From: Myxococcota bacterium
Lineage (GTDB): Bacteria > Myxococcota > XYA12-FULL-58-9 > JABJBS01
DNA length: 48,353 nt
Assembly (NCBI GenBank): GCA_036339465.1
Contig: JAYZAY010000095.1
Coordinates: forward strand, 1 to 48,353
Reading direction: 5' to 3'
How positions within the stretch are numbered: position 1 is the first letter of the stretch; each line of letters opens with the position of its first letter. The notes beneath the pieces were generated by a model. The model saw nothing but the letters and a program-made list of their open reading frames with translations. It was not told the DNA's origin and made no database searches. Both the position numbers and the translations under genes were made by a program. This document shows, in pieces, positions 29,300-39,935 of this stretch.

Positions 29300-32200
29300 C
29301 TAGAATCCGGCAAGAATCTTCTTATACTCTTTCTTTTTAAGTGGTAAATAATCATTACCACTTAGCCAATAGAGCTGTTCCCGCACCATCGAAGGATCTA
29401 CGCCCTCTTCTTGAAGTTGGGTTTTCAGAAACTTAAAGGTTGAAGTAGTCTCCATTTCCGCCACAACCCGTACAAATAGTGGGCGAGCTGGTGATGCGAG
29501 GTAGTCTTGAAGAACGGCGTATAATTTTTTACCTTCAAACTGTCGCCCTGAGACCAATGATATAGCCGCAACCCCTGCACGGCCTTCGCGACCCGGAATT
29601 TCCACTCCATAAACATTAACGGAATGAACAAAGTCCAACTTTGCGACAACTTGAGAGACTTCCTCAGTGGAAACATTCTCTCCTTTCCAACGAAAAGTAT
29701 CTCCAACTCGGTCAACGAACCAGAAATCTCCATCTTCGTCATATTCAAAGAGGTCCCCGCTAAAAAACCAGGAATCACCCTCCTCAAATACATTCCTTAA
29801 AACCTTGGCATCACTGGCGGTCCGATCCGTATAACCCTCAAAACGTGAATACCACTTCCTCGGATCTATGCGGGCAAGAAGCACCCCTTTCTCATGGGGG
29901 CCACAAGCGACCGCCCTCTGGCTTCCATCACGAATGATTGCCTGATTTGACGAGTCATATTGAACGACTTCACAATCAACGAGATTAAATGGAACCCGCC
30001 CAACAGATCCTATTTTCTCTCCTCTGAGGTTTACGAAAACAAGATTCCCCTCAGTCGCACCGTAGAATTCCAGAACACTGATATTCCCAAAACGGTATTT
30101 TAGTTTATTCCAAACATCGGCACGAAGGCCATTTCCGATAAACAACCGGATTGAATGATTCTTTTCGTCGGATTTTTGTTCTGTATTCACGAGATATCGA
30201 CAAAGCTCTCCCACATAAAAGACCACTGTCACACCTGTGTTATTTACTTCATCCCAAAAACGACTTACAGAAAATTTTCGACTGAGCGAAAGCCGCGCAC
30301 CCCCAACCAAACTCGACCCAACCCCCAATAAAAATCCAGTAGCATGGTGTAAGGGCAAGCAACAATAAACGGTATCTTTCGCCGTTAGTCCAGCTCCAGC
30401 TGCGGCAGCCATCGCTGCCATAAACCACCGAAGGTTCGAAATTTTAGCCGCCTTAGGTAGTCCTGTCGTTCCTGAAGTAAACATGAGAAAAGCGAGGTCC
30501 TTCTCCTCCGAAAAATGAGCATCAAACGACAAAGACGAAAAGGACATATCAGGCTCAGCACAATCCATAAGAGGAGTAGAGCGCTGTCCTATTTCCTTAA
30601 TAACCGCAATTCTTTCCCTCGACATAACGTTCTTGGCAACTTCCAAATGCTTTTGATCCACCAAAAGAAATTCGACCTTCCCTTGGATTAAGGCGTGATT
30701 TAGTACCTCTCGTTTCACATCTGGATTTAACAAAACCGTAACACCGTCCAAAGCATTGATCGCCATGGCCGAGGTGAGAACATCTGGGTGGGTATCCATA
30801 AAAACCCCCACCGAAACTCCCCGAGTAACTCCCCTTTTCCGTAGCTCCTCGCAAAGCTGCTCGATCCGACTGGCTGAGTCGCCATAAGAGTATGCTTTAC
30901 CGTCCCAAAGAAAGAATGTCTGCCCTGGACTTTTCGCTACCCTGTCTCGTAAAATGGCCCATGGCTTAAATCGGTCGGGCTCATAAAATCGTAGAAGACG
31001 TAAGAAACGGGGAAGCTGCGCCCCCCCCCATTCAACTGCGGCGCTCCAGTCTCGAAGTAACTCACCCGATGTCTTCCACGAATCATTCATTAACTCGGTC
31101 AGGAGTTCTCCAATTGAATCGCGATATTTAGTTGGGGTAGCATACTCCCTCACACCGGTCCGCTCTCCACCATCCACCTTGACAATCGACTGAGGTCTAT
31201 CTGCCTTACCTGCATGGTGCTTCACCCACTCAGAAACCGTAGGCCAAACATGTTGCTTGGCCCTAGAACCAACCACCAATCCAAAATGCCCACACGCCAG
31301 TTCCAATTCATATATTTCCTTTGTACGCGCCACTCGACCAATAGCCCGCACTGATTTGGGTCGGGCAAATTCATCGTGGGTTCCCACAAAATAAAGGATT
31401 GGGCAGGTAAGGTCACTAAGAGAAAGCGTTCGATCGGCCACGACAAACCCTCCGGTCACCAACCGATTACTCACCACGACATTGTCGACAAATGACCGAA
31501 ACGCTGGGCCAGGCCAGGCAACAAACCCCTCACCTCCAAGGAACCTTCTCATGGGCTCAAGCTTGCTCAAAGCCTCCCGGTCATCCAAAAGACCAAGCAT
31601 CATGCGAAAATACTGCACTTCCTTCTTTGGACTTACAGCCTTGAAAGCCAAACTCGTAAAAGCGCCGGGCAAACCGGTTAAATTATCAAGGGGCGTGCTC
31701 GCCAGTCCTCTCATGCCCTGTAATATATTTTCGGTTAATTCTCGGTCGAAATCCTTGGGCAAGTTTCTCTGAAAATCCACCGGGCTGCCAAAAGTAATAA
31801 TCGACTTCACATTCTTAGAGCCGCGATATGCAACCGCCAAATAGACAAAAAGGCCGCCTTGGGAATAGCCTGCAACATGAACATCTTTACCTGTCGACTC
31901 TTTAATAAAATCGATGGTCTCCGAAATCGCCACGATATGCTGATCAAGAGTTCGACGCATACCGCCCCGTTCTCTTTCGGGAATACCAAAATCACAAAGC
32001 CACACATCATGACCTTCGTTCCGTAATAGTTCCACAGCGGAAAGAGGCGGTGAAATATCATAAACCTGAGCAGTGACCATCAAGGGCGGCACCAATAGGA
32101 TTGGGCCGCAGTCAAGCTTGGAAACGCCTATCATTTCGGGATAATGTCGTAACCGCGTGAAATCGGCTCGATGAACAACGTCATACGCAGCCTCATAAGG

Positions 32201-32308
32201 TACGGTGAATCGTTGTCCCGTGGCCATTCGAATTGCATTCTTGAGAGTTCGAGCCGTTCGCCGAAACCCCTGTCGTCCTGGTCTGCGACGAGAATTCTTC
32301 TCGGTCAT
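29300..32308 (-). CDS. PhaC-like hydrolase fused to FATP-type long-chain acyl-CoA synthetase (mycobacterial Rv1683-like)
   Basis: LVPPLM, GYSQGG, GHFGLVVGS; then FTSGTTGLPKAA, EFYGATEG, DRVGDTFRWKGENVST. Confidence 0.9.
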   Translation of the reverse strand: MTEKNSRRRPGRQGFRRTARTLKNAIRMATGQRFTVPYEAAYDVVHRADFTRLRHYPEMIGVSKLDCGPILLVPPLMVTAQVYDISPPLSAVELLRNEGHDVWLCDFGIPERERGGMRRTLDQHIVAISETIDFIKESTGKDVHVAGYSQGGLFVYLAVAYRGSKNVKSIITFGSPVDFQRNLPKDFDRELTENILQGMRGLASTPLDNLTGLPGAFTSLAFKAVSPKKEVQYFRMMLGLLDDREALSKLEPMRRFLGGEGFVAWPGPAFRSFVDNVVVSNRLVTGGFVVADRTLSLSDLTCPILYFVGTHDEFARPKSVRAIGRVARTKEIYELELACGHFGLVVGSRAKQHVWPTVSEWVKHHAGKADRPQSIVKVDGGERTGVREYATPTKYRDSIGELLTELMNDSWKTSGELLRDWSAAVEWGGAQLPRFLRLLRFYEPDRFKPWAILRDRVAKSPGQTFFLWDGKAYSYGDSASRIEQLCEELRKRGVTRGVSVGVFMDTHPDVLTSAMAINALDGVTVLLNPDVKREVLNHALIQGKVEFLLVDQKHLEVAKNVMSRERIAVIKEIGQRSTPLMDCAEPDMSFSSLSFDAHFSEEKDLAFLMFTSGTTGLPKAAKISNLRWFMAAMAAAAGAGLTAKDTVYCCLPLHHATGFLLGVGSSLVGGARLSLSRKFSVSRFWDEVNNTGVTVVFYVGELCRYLVNTEQKSDEKNHSIRLFIGNGLRADVWNKLKYRFGNISVLEFYGATEGNLVFVNLRGEKIGSVGRVPFNLVDCEVVQYDSSNQAIIRDGSQRAVACGPHEKGVLLARIDPRKWYSRFEGYTDRTASDAKVLRNVFEEGDSWFFSGDLFEYDEDGDFWFVDRVGDTFRWKGENVSTEEVSQVVAKLDFVHSVNVYGVEIPGREGRAGVAAISLVSGRQFEGKKLYAVLQDYLASPARPLFVRVVAEMETTSTFKFLKTQLQEEGVDPSMVREQLYWLSGNDYLPLKKKEYKKILAGF

Positions 32309-32313
32309 ACAAA

Positions 32314-34026
32314 CTACTCCGCTGTCTTTGATTGCCTAAACATATCGCGAACCGAGGAAAAACGCACGGCCCCCTTAAAGTTACGAGGTATCTGCCCAAA
32401 AAGGACATGATCCGGCCGCGCTCCCTTGCTCAATTCACTCCGAAAATCCCCTTCTAAAAGCGAGCGGATCCTCTCTTGCCGCTCAGATTGGTCGGCGCCA
32501 TCTAATTCAACAAGCACACAACAATCATCGTCGTGTTCACTTCTGATTTTGACGCCAACCACTGTGAGTTCTAAGCTCTCCTCCGCAAGAGACACATCCC
32601 TTCGTAACAAATGTCGGGATATTTCATCCCCCAACTGTGCACAAGAATAATTGACGCCACCTCGAATCAAAAGACCTGCACTTCGGGTCATCCAATAAAA
32701 CGCCCGCCGACTACCAGATTGGAGGAAATAACCAATATCCCCCAGATTCGTATACCACCCATCAACAAATGGTTGGTTCGTAACATTGACATAACCTGTC
32801 ATTGCAGCCTTGCTTCGAACCACCAAATGGCCCGGTTCTCCTTCATCGGCCGCTTCCATAAATTGTACGTGGTCAGGTTCAATCGATCGAACAATCTCAA
32901 CCTGCGTCACTCCGTCATGGGGCTGGCCGATATAGTACCCCTTAGAAGCTCGTCCCTTCCAAACATGGTCATAGCCTTTTTTAAAGGCTGAAAATATTTC
33001 ATCAATGGGTTGGGAACTTTGGATACCAATGGCTTGCAAGCATAGCTCCGTGGAGCCAAACCGAACCAACGGAGGACGCCCAATAACCTTAACGATACGC
33101 TCTACCGTTTGAGGTCCCACTGGAGCTGATCCCAACAGCCACATAATTCGTTCAGAAGTATCGCTACGCTCCATCAACTTTTTTCTCACGACACCATTCG
33201 TTTCGGTAAAAAGGAAATCGATATGCCTGGCCACCAAGGGCATCACAATTCGGTCGGATGTGGTCTCCAACACATGAACAACTCGATTCCATACCCTATT
33301 TGAGAATTTATCCCAAAGTTCCAGATGCGTATTTTTCCGACGAAAACTAAAACGCTGCATCGCTGTAGAATTGGCGTGATAAAGGGGGTTTGTCAGGATA
33401 ATTCTTAGGGCCTGCTGGTCATCACATGAAATCAAATCTCTCAGGGCCAATTCATTGGCATCATAAGCCCCCTTCGACAATAAGACACCTTTCGGCTGGG
33501 ATGTTGTTCCCGACGTAAATAAGATAGTCTCCCCATGCGGAGAGCCTGAGCTGGTTTCAGGAATTTTTCTCTCTGGTAGTATGAAATCCGATGTAATCGG
33601 TACTACGGGCAAGGGAACTCGCTGAAAAAGCGAGTCACCCACTAAATCCTCCGCAAGTAATATTGCTTTGGGCTTCAACAATTCAATCTTGTAAGTAATC
33701 CGCTCCGGACCATCGGCCTGAAGGTTTAGGGGCGAAAAACAGACCTCTAGGTTTCGGCAGGCTTCCCTTAAAAACACCTCTACAGGTGAGTTCCCCCGAA
33801 AACCCAAGACAATACGGTCTCCAGACCTAAAGCCCAGCCGCAACAAAAAAGATTCTGCTCTTTTAACCTTTTGGAAGATCTCCACAGAAGTCCAACTCAA
33901 CTCTTGAACCAAAGCCTCACCTTGAGGCACCATATAAGTAAATCTATCCATAGCAATAGTAGGCATCATTGGTCTCATCTGGTTTGACCCAACGTATCGG
34001 GCAATAAATGCGATAACAGCTTCCAC
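32314..34026 (-). CDS. Adenylate-forming (ANL) AMP-binding enzyme / acyl-CoA synthetase
   Basis: LFTSGTTSQPKG, PLYH, RFGSTE, GW..NLGD, IRGG. Ends 5 nt before the next gene. Start uncertain. Confidence 0.82.
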   Translation of the reverse strand: MEAVIAFIARYVGSNQMRPMMPTIAMDRFTYMVPQGEALVQELSWTSVEIFQKVKRAESFLLRLGFRSGDRIVLGFRGNSPVEVFLREACRNLEVCFSPLNLQADGPERITYKIELLKPKAILLAEDLVGDSLFQRVPLPVVPITSDFILPERKIPETSSGSPHGETILFTSGTTSQPKGVLLSKGAYDANELALRDLISCDDQQALRIILTNPLYHANSTAMQRFSFRRKNTHLELWDKFSNRVWNRVVHVLETTSDRIVMPLVARHIDFLFTETNGVVRKKLMERSDTSERIMWLLGSAPVGPQTVERIVKVIGRPPLVRFGSTELCLQAIGIQSSQPIDEIFSAFKKGYDHVWKGRASKGYYIGQPHDGVTQVEIVRSIEPDHVQFMEAADEGEPGHLVVRSKAAMTGYVNVTNQPFVDGWYTNLGDIGYFLQSGSRRAFYWMTRSAGLLIRGGVNYSCAQLGDEISRHLLRRDVSLAEESLELTVVGVKIRSEHDDDCCVLVELDGADQSERQERIRSLLEGDFRSELSKGARPDHVLFGQIPRNFKGAVRFSSVRDMFRQSKTAE

Positions 34027-34157
34027 AACGGCTACCTAGAGAGAACATTACATTTATGACCATCGAGCCACTTTCCCATGAACTTGCTATTTGACCGTGC
34101 CCTAGAAATGATCATATCGAAGCAGGCCAATCGCTTGCTCTCGACGAAGGTAAATGA

Positions 34158-36068
34158 ATGACCAAAAAAAAGTGGACCATCACCGACAGTCGAAATTTGT
34201 ATCATATCGCCCGGTGGGGTCGGCCATTTTTTGACATCAATGCTGAAGGCAATGTTTCCGTTACCCCCAACCCCAAGAAAAATGGAACACTTGACCTAAA
34301 CTTTCTAATCAAGGACCTTTGTCGACGGGGTATACACCCGCCACTTCTCATTCGATTTAACGACATCCTTCACGCCCGCCTCGAATATATTGGCGAAGCC
34401 TTCGGTAATAGCATTGAGGTTTATAATTACCCAAACGGATATCAAAGTGTCTTACCCATTAAAGTAAATCAACAGCGCCACGTGGTCCAAGAGTTACTCA
34501 GGAAGGACCTACCCTATAAATTGGGACTAGAAGCCGGTTCAAAACCTGAATTGCTCGCCGCGATCTCTATGCTAGATGAGCAAAATCCCTTGATTATTTG
34601 TAATGGTTATAAGGACAACGAATATATCCAAACCGCCCTCGATGCCCAAAAGTTGGGGCTAAAACCTTTTCTGGTCATCGACCGTTTCGCTGAACTTTTC
34701 CAAATAATCGAATTGGGCCGAAAAAACAATATCATTCCTTTCATCGGCGTAAGAGCCAAATTAACCACGCGGGGAAGCGGCAGATGGGAACAATCGTCTG
34801 GGGATCGGAGCAAATTTGGTTTATCGGCCAGCGAGCTTGTTCAGCTCGTTGAAGTACTCAAAGAAGAACAACTTCTAGAAGGACTACAATTACTCCATTT
34901 CCATATAGGCTCACAAATTACAGCAATTCGCTCCGTCAAGAAAGCTGTCCGTGAAGCTGGCTATCTATATTGCCAACTTCGAGAACTGGGTGCCACAAAC
35001 CTCTCCTGCGTCGACGTAGGTGGCGGACTGGCGGTAGACTACGATGGCAGCATGTCGAATGTTCCATCATCTAAGAATTATACCGTCCAAGAATACGCCA
35101 ACGATGTTGTTTCCTCCATGGCCGCTATTTGTGACATGAATGAGGTCCCCCCCCCAACGATTTTTTCCGAATCCGGACGTGCCCTCGCAGCCCACCATTC
35201 TGTTCTCGTTTTCAACATCCTCGGCGTCCACACCTTTCCTGATTGCAGCGACGCCAATGTCAAGAAACCGAGCCCGAACAGCCACCACATACTTTTTGAT
35301 TTTTGGGAAGCATACAGCACCATTCACATAGAAAACCTCCAAGAGATTTATAACGATGTACTGGCTCTTAAAGAGGAAGCTTCAACACTTTTTAGTCACG
35401 GCGTGATCGACCTCGTCACACGGTCACGATCGGAGGACCTATTCTGGGCCACGGTAAACAAGATTCATCGAATGATCCCAGAACTAGAATATATACCAGA
35501 CGACTTCGGGGGCATGGATAGTCTCTTGAGTGATACTTATTATGGGAATTTTTCGGTTTTTCAATCTCTACCCGATTCGTGGGCTGTGGACCACCTATTT
35601 CCAACCCTACCGATTCACAGGCTCAACCAAGAGCCCACCCGTTTAGGGATCATCGCTGATTTAACCTGCGACTCAGATGGAAAAATCGATAAGTTTATCA
35701 ATGTCCACGGTGAAAGAAAGACCCTACAATTACATCCCTTCACCGAAGCCCCCTATTATATTGGCGTATTTCTTGTGGGAGCCTACCAAGAAACCCTAGG
35801 AGATCTTCATAATCTATTTGGAGACACCAACGCGGTCCATGTATCTGTGGACTCAAAAGGTAACTACTCCCTAGAGCATGTAGTCATTGGGGATAGTGTT
35901 GGCGAAGTCCTGAGTTATGTAGAATATGATCAGTCCGAGCTTCTAAGATGTTTTAGGCTCAATGCTGAAAAGGCCGTACGGTCGGGTGCGCTTTCACTTG
36001 AAGAATGCGCTGAAATCCTAAAACGCTATCAGGAAGGGTTACAGGGCTACACCTACCTAGAAGACTGA
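34158..36068 (+). CDS. speA: Biosynthetic arginine decarboxylase
   Basis: PIKVNQ, GLEAGSKPEL, CNGYKD, SKFGL, HFHIGSQ, DVGGGLAVDYDG, ESGRA, TCDSDG, GAYQE.LGD.HNLFGD. Confidence 0.96.
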   Translation: MTKKKWTITDSRNLYHIARWGRPFFDINAEGNVSVTPNPKKNGTLDLNFLIKDLCRRGIHPPLLIRFNDILHARLEYIGEAFGNSIEVYNYPNGYQSVLPIKVNQQRHVVQELLRKDLPYKLGLEAGSKPELLAAISMLDEQNPLIICNGYKDNEYIQTALDAQKLGLKPFLVIDRFAELFQIIELGRKNNIIPFIGVRAKLTTRGSGRWEQSSGDRSKFGLSASELVQLVEVLKEEQLLEGLQLLHFHIGSQITAIRSVKKAVREAGYLYCQLRELGATNLSCVDVGGGLAVDYDGSMSNVPSSKNYTVQEYANDVVSSMAAICDMNEVPPPTIFSESGRALAAHHSVLVFNILGVHTFPDCSDANVKKPSPNSHHILFDFWEAYSTIHIENLQEIYNDVLALKEEASTLFSHGVIDLVTRSRSEDLFWATVNKIHRMIPELEYIPDDFGGMDSLLSDTYYGNFSVFQSLPDSWAVDHLFPTLPIHRLNQEPTRLGIIADLTCDSDGKIDKFINVHGERKTLQLHPFTEAPYYIGVFLVGAYQETLGDLHNLFGDTNAVHVSVDSKGNYSLEHVVIGDSVGEVLSYVEYDQSELLRCFRLNAEKAVRSGALSLEECAEILKRYQEGLQGYTYLED

Positions 36069-36113
36069 TCGGGAGGCTCAGAAAAAAAGAGAATCAACCG
36101 GAAAAGCAAAATA

Positions 36114-36890
36114 ATGAAGGCACAGCCATTTTTCCAGAAAGATTTTTTTGTCGTGGGGCATCGAGGGGCGCGAGGAGAAGCGCCCGAACATACAATGGCG
36201 GGGTTCGCCATGGCCGATAAGCTCGGCATACCCATCGAATTTGACACCATGTTATGCGCATCAGGTGAGCCTGTTGTCATTCATGATAGAAGTGTTGACA
36301 GAACAACTGACGGTGTCGGCCAAGTTCGCTCACTCTCACTTCAAAAACTCAAGTCTATGAATGCATCGGTTCATTTTCCAGGTGGATTCAAACCCCAAAA
36401 AATTCCACTTCTTAGCGAAGTTTTGATGGAATTCAAAAGGATACCCTGGTTCAACATCGAGATTAAATCGCCGGGTTCTTCCAAAGACATTCCGGAGATA
36501 ATTGATACAATCCTTGATACAATCAACAACGCAGGTGTCATCGACAAAGTCATTTGCACATCGTTCAATCCATTCATTCTCGCCAGGCTCTATCAGGTGG
36601 TTCCTGAAATCCCGCGGGGAATACTGAGGACTTCACTTTTTGACACAGATGTTACTTTCCTCCACAAGCTGGTGGTTCAATCTCAATGGCTAGACCGATA
36701 TATCAAGCCCACGTTTTTCTGCCCCCACGAATCATTGGTCACCCCTTCCCTATTGCACAAACAGGCCCAACAAAATCGACGGATATTAAGCTGGACAGTG
36801 AATCAACCCCAAAGGGCCATTCAATTGCGTAACCTAGGCAATCTAGGAATCATCACGGACTATCCGAAACGGATCTTGGGCTACCTCTAG
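36114..36890 (+). CDS. Glycerophosphodiester phosphodiesterase (UgpQ/GlpQ family)
   Basis: GHRGA, PEHT, EFD, HD..VDRTT, NIEIK, WTVN, IITDYP. Confidence 0.92.
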   Translation: MKAQPFFQKDFFVVGHRGARGEAPEHTMAGFAMADKLGIPIEFDTMLCASGEPVVIHDRSVDRTTDGVGQVRSLSLQKLKSMNASVHFPGGFKPQKIPLLSEVLMEFKRIPWFNIEIKSPGSSKDIPEIIDTILDTINNAGVIDKVICTSFNPFILARLYQVVPEIPRGILRTSLFDTDVTFLHKLVVQSQWLDRYIKPTFFCPHESLVTPSLLHKQAQQNRRILSWTVNQPQRAIQLRNLGNLGIITDYPKRILGYL

Positions 36891-36909
36891 CCCATTGCAA
36901 CACACAAAA

Positions 36910-37353
36910 TCAGGAATCTGGTTTGTGGGTTTCTAATACTTCTAATTTAAAATTTAAAGAACGGTCAACCAGGGGGTGATTGCCATCCACCACCACCATT
37001 GCTCGGGTGGTGCGTATCACCGTTACCTCAACACCATCATCCTCATTTACAACAACCCTTCTCTTTTCTCCAAGCTCTGGCAGTGATCCTGGCGGCACTT
37101 TCTCAATCGGTACAGTGAAAACAAGTTGTGGCACGTAGCGCCCATAAGCCTGGTCCGCATTCAATCGCAGCTGCTTAACCTCTCCTGGTTTCATTCCAAT
37201 CAAAGCACCCTCAAGAGCGGGAAGGTATTCATGCTTTCCAACCCATAGTCCAACGGGTTCATTATTCTCATAAGTATTGCAGAACTCGGTCATATCATCC
37301 AACCAACCTCGGTAATGGATGATAACGAAATTTCCAGGTTGAACTTCGCTCAC
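36910..37353 (-). CDS. FKBP-type peptidyl-prolyl isomerase (SlyD/SlpA-like, no His-rich tail)
   Basis: V.IHYRG.L, LE.ALIGM..GE, AYG, VDGNHPL...L.F.LEV. Probable GTG start at 37353. Confidence 0.85.
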   Translation of the reverse strand: MSEVQPGNFVIIHYRGWLDDMTEFCNTYENNEPVGLWVGKHEYLPALEGALIGMKPGEVKQLRLNADQAYGRYVPQLVFTVPIEKVPPGSLPELGEKRRVVVNEDDGVEVTVIRTTRAMVVVDGNHPLVDRSLNFKLEVLETHKPDS

Positions 37354-37667
37354 CCTACCATTAGACGAGAAGCAGTCGCCTAGGGTCAAGTCAGTTGACA
37401 CCATCAATGAATACAATTGAGATTTCCATCGATCGTTGTTCTTTCATTGCCAAAAGATTACCCAAGCAGAGAAATATCGAGAGAGACGGAGCTTCGGTGG
37501 CATCGATTTTTTATTCAAAAGTACAAAGCGAAACAATACAGGACAATCTTGGGAATGAAAGACGATTGGTCACGGAAAGAAGCTTGCGACTATAGATATC
37601 GTTGGTTTGCGGGCAGGAAAACCCACTTAATCGGTGTGAGGAGAACTATCCGAAGACCAAGAATCCA

Positions 37668-38282
37668 TCAAACGATTTGAGAATAGAATTCGACAATGAG
37701 GTTCTCTTGTAAATCGACAGGAATGTCCTCACGGACGGGCTCACCTTTACACATTGCTTCGAATTTAGCTGCATCAATGTCTAAGTAGCTTGGTGATTCC
37801 AGAACTGGATTCTGAGTTGTAGCCTCAACCAACGGAATTTTTCGGCTCTTCTCACGAACAGACACTGTCTCACCGCCAACGAGGTGGTAACTGGGAATGT
37901 TCACACGTTTACCGTCGATCTGAATGTGTCCGTGAGTCACCAATTGTCTTGCAGCAGGAATGGTGGGTGCATAACCACAACGGAAGACCGCATTGTCAAG
38001 ACGGGATTCCACCAACTGAAGCAGCCGAAAACCAGTATCACCCTTAAATGCCATTGCCCGCTTGAAGTAACTTCGAAGTTGCTTCTCAGAAAGGCCATAA
38101 TTAAGACGAAGCTTCTGTTTCTCTTCTAAACGGATCCGATATTCAGAACGCTTACCGCTTCGAGACGTACCGTGCTGTCCCGGCGGATAGGGGCGACGCT
38201 CAGCTGTCTTACGGGTCAGCCCTGGAAGGTGCTGTTGAAAACGACGAATAATTTTTAGCCGTGGTCCACGGTATCGCGCCAT
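37668..38282 (-). CDS. rpsD: 30S ribosomal protein S4
   Basis: MARYRGP, PPGQHG, LEEKQKLR, ESRLDN, ARQLVTHGH, VNIPSY, IVEFYS; AAGGAG RBS. Confidence 0.98.
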   Translation of the reverse strand: MARYRGPRLKIIRRFQQHLPGLTRKTAERRPYPPGQHGTSRSGKRSEYRIRLEEKQKLRLNYGLSEKQLRSYFKRAMAFKGDTGFRLLQLVESRLDNAVFRCGYAPTIPAARQLVTHGHIQIDGKRVNIPSYHLVGGETVSVREKSRKIPLVEATTQNPVLESPSYLDIDAAKFEAMCKGEPVREDIPVDLQENLIVEFYSQIV

Positions 38283-38373
38283 GAGGGAACTCCTTACACC
38301 TGAATTAGCTCATTGCTCTTCGGCTTTCATGTCATAACTAAGACACAACTACGCCACTGCAACTGGTCAGGCG

Positions 38374-38402
38374 CTAGTAATGAAATCGTCCGGACTTGTC
38401 AA
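38374..38402 (-). promoter_or_regulatory. Candidate sigma70 promoter for rpsD
   Basis: TTGACA-N17-TACTAG on the minus strand, about 90 nt upstream of the ATG; the -10 element is imperfect. Confidence 0.5.
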
Positions 38403-38442
38403 TGTTTACCCGGTGAAACCAAGCTAATTATGATCTCTGAAC

Positions 38443-39312
38443 CTAAAGAAGTACCAGCACCAAGCCCAAACTCATGAGTAAAACCATCGCAAACTTAAAG
38501 AAAAGACGTCCCTCAGCAAAAAACCAGCCCCCAAGCCCCACAGCCACCACAGCCCCCAATGCCCTTTTTCCGCACTCCAAGTAGGCCACTGCAACGAGCT
38601 CGAGGGCAATCAGTTGAACCCACTGGGCGAGCAGTGCAATAAAAGCACCTAAGAGCATATGGCGAGATAAGATTCCCTTGGCCAGAAGAGGAAGTACGCT
38701 CCTCCAATAACAAAGCCAAACCCCCAATGTAATCCCCACCGCTATGACCCCACTATGCCAAAGGGGAGAACTCACCTGAACCGCCACTTTGTCGAGAACA
38801 ATGGTGACACTCCAAAGACAAGCGACCCACATCACCAGCACCACACCTCGTTCAAGGGAAAACCTCCCCTTCCCCGAACTTACCCCCAGGACTAGAGCAC
38901 CCAAAACAACCAACCCCACCCCAAACCATTGCTCAAGCTCTAAAACCTCCCCCAACCAAAACCAACTCAAAATTGCGCTAAAAACTGGGACCAGGGCCAA
39001 CATAGGAATACCGGCACCCAAATCCGCCAACCGCAACCCCCAAAGCAACATCAAATTCGCCACAACATTTAGGACAACCGAAGGAATGGCATTCGCCCAA
39101 TAGGTCCCCCAATCCCGTGGAAGACCAAAATCAAGGGCAACAGCCTGGGTTTCCACCCCCAAATAAGGCAGTAAGGCCAACAAAAAGAAAAAAGGAAATT
39201 GCCATAAATGAAGCCCCAAAACCACCTCGTGAGGTTCTGAAGTCATCACCAATTTCTTTCTCAAAAAGTCCAATAGGGCCCATAATACGCTTGATAAAAA
39301 AACGAACCCCAC
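38443..39312 (-). CDS. EamA/DMT-family transporter
   Basis: About 10 hydrophobic segments in two repeats, PVFSAILSWFWLGE, GGWFFAE; GGAGG RBS. Confidence 0.85.
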   Translation of the reverse strand: MGFVFLSSVLWALLDFLRKKLVMTSEPHEVVLGLHLWQFPFFFLLALLPYLGVETQAVALDFGLPRDWGTYWANAIPSVVLNVVANLMLLWGLRLADLGAGIPMLALVPVFSAILSWFWLGEVLELEQWFGVGLVVLGALVLGVSSGKGRFSLERGVVLVMWVACLWSVTIVLDKVAVQVSSPLWHSGVIAVGITLGVWLCYWRSVLPLLAKGILSRHMLLGAFIALLAQWVQLIALELVAVAYLECGKRALGAVVAVGLGGWFFAEGRLFFKFAMVLLMSLGLVLVLL

Positions 39313-39430
39313 AAGAATTACCTCCGTCCTGTCGCGCCCTAACCTAATTTATTAGCACTACCTACCCTATTGACCGAATCATGTCGCAAAAAAACATGAC
39401 AACATCTTACTTTTCGAATTTATTTGGGAT

Positions 39431-39916
39431 ATGGGCCAATCCATGAAACTCGATGAAATTGACCACAAGATCCTCCAAATTCTGCAAGCCGACGCACGCA
39501 CATCGAACAAAGAACTTGCGGCGCAGGTTGGGCTGGCTCCGTCTAGCTGTCTTGAGCGAGTGAAACGACTTCGCGAACAAGAGGTCTTGGAAGGATTTCA
39601 CGCATCGGTGAATCCTAATAAATTGAACATCAGCCTGGAGGCAATGATTTCCGTCCAACTGCAGAAACATTCAAGAAAGCTCGTTGATAGTTTTACAAAC
39701 CATATTCTGTCACTTCCAGAAGTAACCACGATTTACCACGTTGCAGGCTCCCACGACTATCTGGTGCACGTAGCTGTTAGAGATGCGAGCCATCTTCGGG
39801 ACCTAGCGTTAGATGCATTCACCACTCGAGAAGAAGTGGCACATATCCAAACTTCTCTCATCTTCTCCTACAAACGAAAAGCCATCCTTCCAAGTTACGA
39901 AGCTCCAGAACATTAA
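39431..39916 (+). CDS. Lrp/AsnC-family transcriptional regulator
   Basis: LDEIDHKIL..LQ.DAR.SN.ELA..VGL.PS.CL.RVKRL; V.G..DY; divergent from the EamA gene. Confidence 0.95.
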   Translation: MGQSMKLDEIDHKILQILQADARTSNKELAAQVGLAPSSCLERVKRLREQEVLEGFHASVNPNKLNISLEAMISVQLQKHSRKLVDSFTNHILSLPEVTTIYHVAGSHDYLVHVAVRDASHLRDLALDAFTTREEVAHIQTSLIFSYKRKAILPSYEAPEH

Positions 39917-39935
39917 TTCGACTCTTTCTATCCCC

